Of a stretch of DNA of 64,000 nucleotides, positions 12,611 through 23,555 are shown one piece after another. The position numbers and the translations under genes are program-made. Under the pieces are notes generated by a model. The model ran no database searches, was not told the origin of the DNA, and saw nothing but the letters and a program-made list of their open reading frames with translations. The number at the start of each line of letters is the position of its first letter. Position 1 is the first letter of the stretch. The DNA is from Chara braunii (taxonomy: Eukaryota > Plantae > Charophyceae): positions 7,074,983 to 7,138,982 of the forward strand of contig BFEA01000006.1 in NCBI GenBank assembly GCA_003427395.1. The letters are read 5' to 3'.

Positions 12611-12827
12611 CCAAGAAGACAGGTGCAAGCCAGCCGTCATGCCGGACCAGCAGCGCGTCACCGTAGACACAATGCTATCACAGAGCCAGCGCTCAACCAG
12701 CTTTGCAGCGTCGAGCCAGAGTTGTCGTCAACGCGTGAAGACAGCATCGACGTAAGACAGAATGAATGTCAAAGCCAGGACAGTCAACGCTTATGTAGCG
12801 TTGACTCGGGGTCTGGGCCCCGGATGC
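12124..12827 (-). repeat. 5' LTR of element C, main part (interrupted by LINE A)
   Basis: Adjacent to the PBS. Terminus tgcaatgaaccc is an imperfect inverted repeat of gggttactgca at 22647-22657. Confidence 0.75.
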
Positions 12828-13099
12828 TTTTTTTTTTCTTTTTTTTTTTTTAAACAAAACCCCCTTCGAGTGTTACTGGTGCTGGTGAGAGCAGACACCA
12901 CGACCACCTAAGGAGGGGCTCCATCTATTGGTGGGGAGCAGCACCTGCCGGAAAACGGGTCCAGCGTCCCATATACAGAAAGCTTTGAAGCTTTTTAGAA
13001 AAAGGTAGCGGGAGACTCCTGCCAGCATTGATTACTTTGGAATCCAGAGGATTGACTGAGCAGGAGTTTTGGAAAAGGAAGGAGAACCTCTTTGCCTTG

Positions 13100-13329
13100 A
13101 AACGGGCGCCGAATAACTGCTGCTATAAACAAGTTCCTCCCTCCCCCCCTGTCACGCTCCCCACCCAGTCCCGACTACCAATCTCTAAATGTAAACCGTG
13201 AACATCAAAGGGACGAGACGGGCGCCAAATAACTGCTGCTGCAAACAAGTTCCTCCCTCCCCCCTGTCCCGCTCCCCACCCAGTCCCAACTACCAATCTC
13301 TAAATGTAAGCCTTGAACATCAAAGGGAC
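13100..13329. repeat. ~115-bp tandem duplication (2 copies) in the LINE A 3' UTR, G-tract rich on the sense strand
   Basis: acgggcgcc..aataactgctgc..aaacaagttcctccctcccccc..gaacatcaaagggac occurs twice with few substitutions. Confidence 0.9.
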
Positions 13330-13499
13330 CAGCTCTTGTTTGGACGATGCTCTATGAAGCCGTTGTATGCTCTATCCTCATTCAGAATGCGCCGTCGGTT
13401 CCATACCATTGCAGGTCCACCATTGCTAGCTGGTGGGGCGGGAAGGGATCTGGAAATTCAGTGGATGATCGCAGTGGGAACTCCTGGCCCACCACTGTC

Positions 13500-16400
13500 C
13501 AGTCTTTGAAACAAATACTGTAATCCCTTCTAAACTCTCCCTGGTGGTCACCCTGGGTAGGTCTGCCTTCCCATTTGATGGAGGCAATCCAGCCCCCATT
13601 CTCGCTGCCCAACCAGTCCTTTGAGAATTGTTGGATTGTTTGTGCTATGTGCTTGGCTGAGTGAAACAAGTCCAATTGGTTCTTTATTATTTGCCACTGT
13701 ACCATTAATTCTGGTTGGACATATTGTTTTATTATATTTGTCACCTCTCCTTCCGCCGTGCGGGCACCCTCTATAGCATATATGCAGCGTTTCCTCCAAA
13801 GGGCCCACATGACCGCTCTCCTTCCTATTTTAAACATGTTGTTTTCGAAAGAGCTATCCGTGGGGGAGGACCACGTTTCGCATAGTATGGCTTTCCAGTC
13901 CCAAGGCCATTTTGACCCATTGTCTAGACGGGACCAGATTCTATCCCACCATCGCCATGTGAGGACTGCACCCGGACATTGCATGAATATGTGTTCTATA
14001 GTTTTCGGGATCCTGCGGGAGGGGAAGACAGTGTGGCACACTTTGCACCAGGGTAATGTTTGTCCTCTCTGCTCCAGACGGGTCNAGTGTGGCACACTTT
14101 GCACCAGGGTAATGTTTGTCCTCTCTGCTCCAGACGGGTCCGATCTATCAACCAGTCGTTGGTGGGTAAGCAACGATGTTCTATCTGCCACTGCAGTGAG
14201 GCCATCTTTGCTGGCCTGGCTCTGGTGGCAGTGAACTAACGGATAGGACGGATCACCTCAGCTCCTACATTTAATTGGGATCTCCATCTTTCCTTCACAT
14301 TTTCCTTAATGTTTACTTCGGGGCGCAGCAGGCGGTACGTTGCCTTCACTGTTAGGTTTTGTAGCTTTGTCTTCCCCCAAAATCTGCTTTTCTGTGGTTG
14401 TGACCACTACCATTCCTCGGGATCCAAGGGGAGTTCAACCAATGAGGTGTTTGGCTGATATGCTGTCCATACCTCCTTGTCCCGTAGCACACGGATCCTT
14501 TGTAAATCCTTGTTTTTTCCCCATCTCACCACATCCGGAGAGTATCGGGTAAGGACGTTATCCTTGCCTATGTGAAACAGATTAATCAAAGTTTCATCCG
14601 ACCGTACGTCCACCACATTTCCAACACTTTCTGAGTCGTCCGGTATAGATACCCAGTCCCCTTCTTCCAGTCGTGGTCCTTTGCGCAGGATGCGCACCTA
14701 GTCCAGGGGAATTCCGAATATCAACATTTCAAGGTTCTCCTCAATATTATGACAGTATTTTAGTGTCTCCCTCAGTTGCGGCACTGTTTTCCAATCCCTC
14801 GTCTCTGAGTTCCAAATGTCTTTTATTCACATACCTTTTTTAACCCAGCTACACCACGGGGTGGCCGAACTGCAATACACCCTGCTATATCGATCGGTGA
14901 TCCTCCTATTGCCAAACAGGGGTTGGCGCAGCACTTCCTCCTACCTCGAGGGGCGGGGGTTGTCAGGAAGAGGGAGTTGGCGCCATGCTCTCAAAACCCT
15001 GGCCCAGAAGTCATCCCGGGCCAAATCCTTCCGGATTGTTCCTTTAGTCGGCTCATGACTACCTCAAGTGCGCCATGGCACAGTCCAAAAACGGTCTTCC
15101 AACCAGGTCAGCGGGTGAGCGTTACGTGGGGCTTGTGGGGCAAGTCTGGCCTACCATGGAAGTTGTTGTGCAAAGAGTAGCCTCTTAACCCATTGCACCA
15201 TTATCGTTGTGACCTGTGTTTCGGGGTCAAGAATCCCCAGCCCCACTTTGTTTTTAGGTTGGATCATCGAGGACCAAGCTACCCTACTAATAACATTCGT
15301 GAGCTCACCATTGCCTCGCCACAACAGTGTCGTTACCTGACGCTTCAAAGATCGGATGGCTGTCTTGCTAAGAGCCCAGATTGCAGATTTGTACCAAAGG
15401 GCCGCCAACACCACATTGTTAATCGCCAGCACCCTACCGAATAGGGAGGTGTGTTGGTCCTTCCAACTGGCTAGCTTTTCTATCCACTCATCGTTCGATG
15501 CCGGCTTGCCTAGAGCTGTTAGAATGATTCCAAGTACCCTTACCGGGGCCTCTTCGGGGAGCCACTTAACCCGTGGAAGGTCCGGGGGGCGCACACCTTG
15601 ATGGTGAATCCACCAACCCAAAGTTTTATTTCCCCAGTTAACAGTCATGTCTGAGATCGCCGTGAATCGATCAAATAGTCTTCTGATCTCCTCCATGTTT
15701 GTTGTGGTGGCATCTACCATAATTGCCAAGTCATCTGCGAACAACGAGCAGATGGGGATTGCGTCGTTAGGGATGGCTGAAATCTGCAGCTTCCGCAGGT
15801 TTTTGTTGGCGCGAAGGTTCTCTGCCAGTGCCTCCATCACAATTATGAAAAGGAAGGGTGCCAGAGGGTCTCCTTGTCTGACTGACCGTTGAAGCGGGAA
15901 GGTCGGCGCCACCCTGCCATTGACTTGGACCCTCGTCGTGGCTTTATGATGCAGAATTTCAGTCCAACGCCGAAAAGTTGGTCCAATGTTCATTTTCCCC
16001 ATGCATCTATCTAGAAATTGCCAATCTACATGATCGTAGGCTTTTTCGAAATCGATGAAGACCACCGCCGTGTTCTGTTTATCCTGTCTTGTGAGTTTGA
16101 GGAGTTCATTGACTAATAGGATATTGTCGTGGATCCTACGTCCTTTGACGAATCCAGTCTTTGTGGGGTGAATGATGTCGTCCAAGACTAGAATCAGGCG
16201 ATTTGCCAGGGCTTTCGCTAACAGCTTATACAACGCCGGCAGCAACGTTATTGGTCTATAGTTCCTGACATCCATCTTGTCCCCCTTTTTAAATAGGAGG
16301 GTGAGAACTCCCTGTCCCACCAGGTCGCCCATCTGCCCTGTCTCCCACACCTGATTATAGAAGTCCATCAGGTCTGGGGCCATATGGGTCCAGAAGGTCT

Positions 16401-18052
16401 CCCAGAACTCGTTAGGGAATCCATCTATTCCCGGTGTCTTCTCCTTCTCCATCTGTATCATCGCCTTCCAGATTTCCTCCTTGGACAGGGGGCGATCTAG
16501 ATCTATTTTTTGCTGGTCCGTTAGGGTCTTCTCGAGGGGCCTCAGGAATTCTTCGATTTCTTTCTCCCTGATCTCTTTCTCCCTTCGTGCGCAGCGGGAA
16601 GTAAATAGGTCCTTAAAGAAGGATCTTGCTATCTGCACACATTGGGGGGTGGAGGCGACAATATCCTGATGACCGGTTTGTGGATCATAAAGTGCTTCTA
16701 TGGTGGATCTATGTGCACGTACTCTGGCCATACTAAAGAATCTTTTGTCCATGGTCCCCTCCGTTTGGTATCGTGCCAGTCGCTCTCGGATGTGTGCTCC
16801 CTCCCATTGTTGTGTGGCAAACATCTGAAGTTGTTCTTTCAAGGTCTGTACGCTTGGATCCCCTTGCTGTGTCTGATGAGTTTCATGTGGAGTGCGTGTT
16901 CTTGTGCCCTCCCGTTGCTGTGTCTGCTGAGTTTCGTGTAAGTTGTGGGGGTTGTGGGACTGATCTTGATTTTCAAGTTGCTGCAGTTGCTGGTGAATTT
17001 CCATCTCTTGCTGGTGCTTCTTGGTTGCTAACAGTTTGGAGTACTCTTGACATTTTCTGCCCAGATAGAACAGTCCATTATTAAACCAGTCAATTTTTTC
17101 CTGAATATGCTGTTTTTGTGTGCGCCATTACGTCCAACAGTCTGTAATATACTTCTGGAAAGTTTGTTGTTATAGGATGGAAGTATTGAGTTTGTAAAAT
17201 CTTGGGCCACGATTTGTTTTCTTACGAAAAGAAAAAACGGTTGTGCACATTTTGTGATCCAGGCCCGGGTAAGGGCTAGCTGGTAAGATTGTTGCGAGGA
17301 GCAGAGATCCTCCCAGATCTTCCGAGGTCAGAATTAAGCCAATCCTGGATCTCGTCTGGTTCTCCGTCCCAGTGTTACGTAGGCATGAGTAGTATCGTGT
17401 TTTTGTTTTTTGTCTTCGGAAGGTGTCGAACACTTTTAGTGATAGACACAGCTCACTGATTATCCGCTCATCCTCCTCTATATACCACGGGGCAGGGGAG
17501 GGTGTTCGCCATCTATCCATCCACCGATCCGGGGCTGCATTGCAATCCCCCACTATAATGATTGGGATCCCGTTCGGGATATGCAATTTGATATTCTCAA
17601 AGAATTTTTTCCTTTCATTTACTGCATTGGGGGCATAGATACATAGTATGCATACAATTTCAAGTTCTAGTGTGACCAGGATTGACACCCATCGGCCTTC
17701 CTCCTGATCCATTGCCCAGTATACTGGATCTGCTCGGGATTCGGGGGGGATCCAAATAGCCCCCCGTGCGCTCCCTGGTTTTGGGGTGGGCCCTAAAGGC
17801 CTTATATGGCCAGACTAATTTATGTATGCGGTTGTGCTCCGGAGTGTCTATCAGGTGCGTTTCCTGGACACATACTATGTCTGGCCAATTTCTACCCCTC
17901 ACCCCTTTCATCAGGTCCCAGATTGCATTGTGTTTTTCAGGTTTCCTCGAGGCGAGACCATTGGCATTCAATGACCGTAAGTCCAGGTCTGCTGCCCTCT
18001 TGCATTGATTCCAAATGCAGTCTTTCCCATATACTGCTTTAACCGGATCCAT
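13500..18052 (-). pseudogene. LINE A ORF2 (AP endonuclease, reverse transcriptase, C-terminal zinc finger), frameshifted
   Basis: SLNANGL, CVQETH, IYAPN, VGDCN, LDH, KTPGIDG, NYRPITLL, IDFEKAYD, RQGDPLAP, LFADD, CKVC..TIEHIFMQC. Confidence 0.93.
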
Positions 18053-18089
18053 TTACTTGTCTTGCAGTTATATCCTAGCCCAAGACTGG

Positions 18090-20931
18090 TCACAACCGGG
18101 TCCATGACAACTGTTCCCATTCCCAATCTGTGGCTCCCGCCGGCATCCTGAGAAGCGCACATAAGCTTTTCTGGACGTCGTGCTCGGACCAGGTGTCGCT
18201 ATGCTTAATCCTGACCGTCTGCAGGCTTAGCAGTTGACTGTGGGTGTGCCATCTCAGGCTGCTCTCCTTGGTGGGATCGAAGCGTATGTATACGTCCCTC
18301 TGTGCAATCTTGGTAGGGCCTGTCACAATCGAGGCCATAGCCTGTGCCCCGGGCGGTAGGGCTTCTGCAATGCGGGATTCCAGCTGCATTTGCAGAATCC
18401 CTGCCGCAGCATCCGACGTGCAGTTTTTTGGGCTAGTCCAGAACGACGACCAGCCTTGCAGCGTGACGCCCCCTTGTCTTCCATTTTCCGCCGGTGACAA
18501 GCCTACTTCCCGTTTCTCATTTTTCTTTCGAATGGGGATGAGCAGCGCAGCCTCTTGAGACATGGGGCCGGTGTCACCACCCATCTCAACGAGCTGCCTC
18601 AGCTTTCTTTTCCGCACCAAGTCGAGCGGAGCGTTCTCCTCCGGGTCCGGAGGTTCCGGTTCCGGTGGCGGAGGTGGGTGTTGGAGAACCAGGTCCGGCC
18701 CCGGGGGCGGGGCAGGTTGTTGCATAAGCGGGGGGTTTTGGAGCTCTTCTCCTTGTGTTCCGTGCTGGCTGGCTTCTTTCATTGCTGCAGCTTGTGGTGC
18801 CTGGAACCGTGCAGACAGAATTGTGTCCAATCTGTGCCATGCATCGGACCATTTCACCCCCGGTTGCAGTCCCTTCTCCAGCACATTTTTAAGTGAGACG
18901 CTCGTGTCCAGCACGGGGAAGAGATCCAGGTATGTCTTGTCCCAGAAGTCATCGGACAGGGGGCCATGCTTTGCTTTGAGATTGGCCATCAGCCAGTCCG
19001 CTATGGCAACCAGCTTCTGTTCCATGGGTAGATCCAGCGGCAGTGCACCCTCTTCCTCACCTTCCCGGTCACGCTCTGGGGCCAGTCCCTCCGGTGACAT
19101 GCTAGCATTATCCGGAAGGGGGTCCACATCCATAGGATCCAATCCAAAGGCTGCTTGAAGGGGGTCGGTATCCCCTGTATGGCCTTCCAACTGGACCCCA
19201 TTTGCAGTCCCCTCCGATATTTCTGTTTCCTCGAGATGCTTCAGCGTCACCTCCTGGGCCCCCGTCGGTCGGACTCCTCCTTGTTCCAGGCTAGGGATGT
19301 TGCTTGTGGTGTCTGATTGAGGGAATTGAGCAGACGACTCCCCAGCCCGTTTGTTTTTACTCTTTGTGATCTGACTCATCTGAGGTACATTCTGTTCTCT
19401 GGTGGCTGCTGCACTCTTCTCTTCCTGGATGTAACTCCCAGCAAAGGGGCCCGGGGTGGCGCTGGGTTATCGTCCCGCAATCGATCCGGTTCTGTCTGCT
19501 GTTTTTGGACCCAGATTTCCTTCCCACCTTTCTTCCCTGCTATTTTCCATCCCGAGTTCACCCGGCTCTCCTGCAGAGGGCTTGCTTGTTTGTTCTGAAC
19601 CTTTTCCATGTGTTTGAGGGACGTGTTCCCCAGTCTGGTTCACCGGATCTTTCCCATACCCATCCTATTGAGGAACCTTCTTTCGTGCAGTCCTCAATAT
19701 AAACCCAACCTTCGTGTCCCGGGTCCACTGCTCTCCAATGGGTGACTTTTATTGGGTCCCGCAGCAATCTCCCCGTTGCTCTTGCCCTTTTCTGTGGATG
19801 GAGCAGGCACGCGTACTCGGTGCTTAGATGGCCGTAGGCTCTGCATTTATGGCACCATGGCCTCAGTTTGGGTGCAGTATGAATCATGTATTCCTTTCCT
19901 CCTATCCGATACGGAATCACATCATCAAGGGAGAATGGTTGGCCCTGAGGATAATCCAGGGCCAGCATCAAGTAATCATCCCTCTTAGCCACGAAGGAGG
20001 GAAGGGGGTTGATGAAAGCAATAATGTCGTACTGCAAACCGAAGTCATATACAAATGCTGCCTGGATTTCGACAGGGATATGACGGAATTCCACCCAGAA
20101 GAAATCCTGCATCAGCTGTGCCCTCCTCTCCTCCGGTCCCATCCTGCGCTGTGGCATCCAGGGGTAGATCCGGACCTCCGATCGTTCGCAGCGGAGGTGC
20201 TGCCATCCATCTATCGCCTTCTTGTCTGATTCGTGCATGCACAAGACTGTAACCGTAGTGTTGGAGACGGGTTGTGCCAAAAATTGATCCCGGGCCATTT
20301 CCGCGCTGTTTTTCAGAACTTCAAGCCGGCGGCCAATCTGCTTGACTTTGTCGTTGACTGACTTGAAGGCAGCGTCGTCATGAAACACCCAATTACCGGC
20401 ATGTTTCATGTAGACCTCATCCCTGCAAGCTATCCCATTCTGGGGGTAAGCTTTGACCATGACTTGCTTGCCTCCTTGTGACACGGCCCTTATTTCCGAC
20501 GGTAGCAGGAATTTGGTCATGAAGAAGGCCCTCGCTGATGGTAGCCCTCCCAGGGGGATCTCAAGTTTCCCAGTTCTTGGACTACCCTGGCTCCGCTGGA
20601 TGGTGAGGGCTCTACCCTGGTGCGGGTTTCTGAGTTTGTCCGCCCAGGTGGCCTGTGGTTGGCCATCACACGTCTCATGACTGGAGGGGAGAGATTTCAC
20701 GTGTTGTTCCATCTTCTTCTCCTCCTCCGTTAGAACCCCTGTGTCTTCAGACTGCTGTCTTGCCTGGCTCATGCTTATTTCGTTTTGTGGAGGGGTTCCG
20801 GGGGCGGTGTTATGTTGGGACCATCGTTTATGTTGAAGGCGCTCGTCTGCCAGCTGTCTCATTGCCCCACTGTAAAAAAGCATTGAGCCCAGTCGTTTGT
20901 GAGCCCGTTGCAGTCTGTTGATTGGCCTCAT
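18090..20931 (-). pseudogene. LINE A ORF1 (~950 aa reconstructed, with CCHC knuckle), frameshifted
   Basis: ORFs 19558..20931 and 18090..19379. FWVEFRHIP and CHKCRAYGHLSTEYAC. Homologous pieces exist in LINE C. Confidence 0.8.
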
Positions 20932-22620
20932 GGTGGCGTGGTTTGCTCACTCTTTTTCAGAAACAATGTTTTCCTACTTTTGGTAGTTGTTTGCTTTGGG
21001 TTCCTTATTTTTTGTGTTTTATTGTGTTTTATTGTGTTTTGTTTTGTTTTATTTATTGCACTCATTACGTATTTGTTACGTATTTATTTATTTGTTGTTT
21101 GATGTTTCGGTTTATTTATTTTCTCTTCTTGCCCTTTGCTTCCCAGTTCATACTGATCCAGCAACACCAAGGACTGGTTGGAATGTGTAAGGGGGCTGCC
21201 AGTGTACCTTTGTTGCTCTGTTACTCAATCACTGCCCGGCCTCCCTCTGTTCCTCTCTCTTCTTCTGTCCTGTGTGGGTCAGTATTATCCTAAACGACTC
21301 CGTCAGTCAAATCCTCCCCCGAATTCCCAATTCTGAGTCCATCGGCGATGTCCTTCACCTCGATCTTCCTCCCACCATCTTTCTTTGTCTTCCCCTCCCC
21401 CGTGACTCCTTCCCAGTACAACTCCCCAGCCTTCCGCTTCCTTCCGTTGCCCTTCTTTCCTTCTTCCCCAGTTTCCCCCAATTTGTGAGTCAGACGGCGG
21501 TGCCTTCTGCCCTGGATCGTGGTGCTGCTGTCTTCCTCCCACTCCAGAGCGATACCCAATTCACCTGGTCTGTCGGCGCCGTCTTTTCTCGTGTTCTCAA
21601 CCCCGCCGCTCACCTTCCGTCCCCTTCTTTTGCTATTTCAGCAAGCGTTTGTGCCCAGGACTTCGCCGCCTGGTTGTTTCCAACTTCCCCTGTTCTTCTC
21701 GCCCACCCTCCCAGAACTCTTTACGTCCTAACCCTTGTTCGTCCCAGTAACGTCCTGACCCTTGTTCGTCCAAGTAAGACCATCCCTTCTGACCGTGGTC
21801 AGTCCACTCCAATCAGTCGTCGTGTTGTCACTTTGTCGTCAACCATCTCTTCTTTGGATCTTCGTCAACCCCCTGTTCATCACTCTTTTCCGAAACGTAC
21901 CTTTTTTGGATGGGCGCACTCACAAACATTCGCCGTGTTGATGCTTTTTTCGTTGCTTCCACTGCCGATGTCCTCCCGCTATATCGTCTTGCTGCCACTC
22001 CCTCGTCTTAATCTGTGCCCTGTGTCCTTTCGCAGTGTCGTCGTTTTTTTGCGCTCAAAGTCCATACGCAAATCGCCTTCTCACGCACGCAATGTTCTCG
22101 CCTCTCCCGGGTCCGCGCGCGTGCGATTCGCTATGTCAGGAGCCCCCGTCTCCCCGTTGGGCAGGGTGCCTACTTGCTCGAGGCCCCCTCTCCCGGTCAC
22201 CCTGGTCGGTGATGGCTCTTGGCTATGGACAGCCTCCCTCCTCACCTTCCCACTGTGAGCCGTGCCCACGAGCCCCGACGGACATCGCTGATGCCCCGCA
22301 GTTTCGCCCTGCGGCGGTTCAGCATTACCGGCACAAAATCTCAGCCGTCCAGATCTCGATGCAGACTAAGGCCCAGATTGGTCTGAAACCGAATTCCCTC
22401 CGGCCTGGATGCTTGTCTGGGTACCTGCGCACAACAAGTGAGTGTACCCAACCGAGGGCCTTGGTGCGGTACCTTTGACTCTACAGTTGACTTTGACCTT
22501 TGAATTTCCTGTGTGCAGCGTTAGGTCACACAGTCGAACGTGACAGACTCAGGCCTGGGCGTGTCTTGGTCACACAGCCCAGCGCAGACCAACTCGGGTC
22601 TGCGTTGCCTGGGGCTGAGT

Positions 22621-22657
22621 TCTGGGCCCCGGGCTACTTCTGAACAGGGTTACTGCA
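22621..22657 (-). repeat. Distal end of element C's 5' LTR
   Basis: TSD copy followed by gggttactgca, the inverted partner of the LTR terminus at 12124. Confidence 0.6.
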
Positions 22658-23027
22658 AGGAGTATACCTTCCTCTTTACTCTGCCTCCTTTCATGATGTG
22701 CAAGTGGGCCATTAAGGCACACAGAGATGTGGGCAGCTGCCGCTCAACCACAATCAATGTTGGCAGCCGTGTACGTGTGAGGCACAGTAAAAGGGGATCT
22801 GCAAGAACAAATGGAAGGGGTACCCCAAGGAAAACCAAAAAACTGTCTAATTGTGAAATTGCTTAAATGTTGGACTGTCTCAGCTCAAGAGCTCTCATGG
22901 TCTGCAATTGGACTAAAGCTGCTTGGATTCTGAATCTATTTATCTGGGTGACAACGGGGGCTGTTGTGGGGAAATTTTAAAACACGCAACAAAGGAGTCG
23001 CTGACTTAAAGGTCTTTTCCTGCACAG

Positions 23028-23336
23028 GTGATTTATGTCTCTCCTCTTGATGAGGCTGGAAGGTTGGAGACGTTGCAAGTGCACACGAGGCCAATGTCAC
23101 TCTCACGGGATGTGGATCTGAATCTCATTGCGAGGTCAACAACATTCTTCACTGGAGCGGAGATTGCAGGTCTGTGCCGGGAGGCTGCAATGTCTGCGCT
23201 TCGAGAAGATATTAATGCGGACGCAGTTTCAAGCCGGCACTTTGAGAGTGCATTGGCAGGCATCCAACCGTCACTTTCACCATTGATCCTTTCAAGCTAC
23301 GCCAGTTTTTTGAAGAACGTGAACAGAAGAAACTAG
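23028..23336 (+). CDS. CDC48B: Terminal coding exon of the CDC48B-like AAA+ ATPase (AAA lid domain)
   Basis: VIYVSPLDEAGRLETLQVHTRPMSLSRDVDLNLIARSTTFFTGAEIAGLCREAAMSALREDINADAVSSRHF..YASF, stop TAG. No lesions. Confidence 0.88.
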   Translation: MIYVSPLDEAGRLETLQVHTRPMSLSRDVDLNLIARSTTFFTGAEIAGLCREAAMSALREDINADAVSSRHFESALAGIQPSLSPLILSSYASFLKNVNRRN

Positions 23337-23483
23337 TAATTAATGATTAAACTCGAAACCAATGTTCTCTCCTGAGAGGGCCTTTTTCTAATGTGCTCGA
23401 GCCACTGGGTAAATCACCCACTAATTGGGCCTGATTTTTGTTGGACATGCTTGTGTTAGTCTGTGACTAAGAGCAGGAAAAGG

Positions 23484-23488
<5 letters not shown>

Positions 23489-23554
<66 letters not shown>
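23489..23554. repeat. (GA)n microsatellite
   Basis: Direct inspection. Confidence 0.95.

Positions 23555-23555
<1 letters not shown>

Larger units (their letters stand above)
12828..22620 (-). mobile_element. LINE A: near full-length L1-clade non-LTR retrotransposon inserted in the LTR of element C
   Basis: Poly(T) 12828-12851, ORF2 (APE-RT-zf) and ORF1 on the minus strand. Candidate TSD tctgggccccgg at 12812-12823 and 22621-22632. The 5' boundary is less certain. Confidence 0.88.

Noticed and set aside
14030-14140. 55-bp exact tandem duplication in the LINE A zinc-finger region
   Set aside because: Identical copies separated by a single N indicate a contig-overlap artefact.
21272-22258. 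328-aa plus-strand ORF
   Set aside because: It lies antisense to the purine-rich LINE A 5' region, has an S/P/L/F-biased composition and shows no motifs, so it is probably a shadow ORF.
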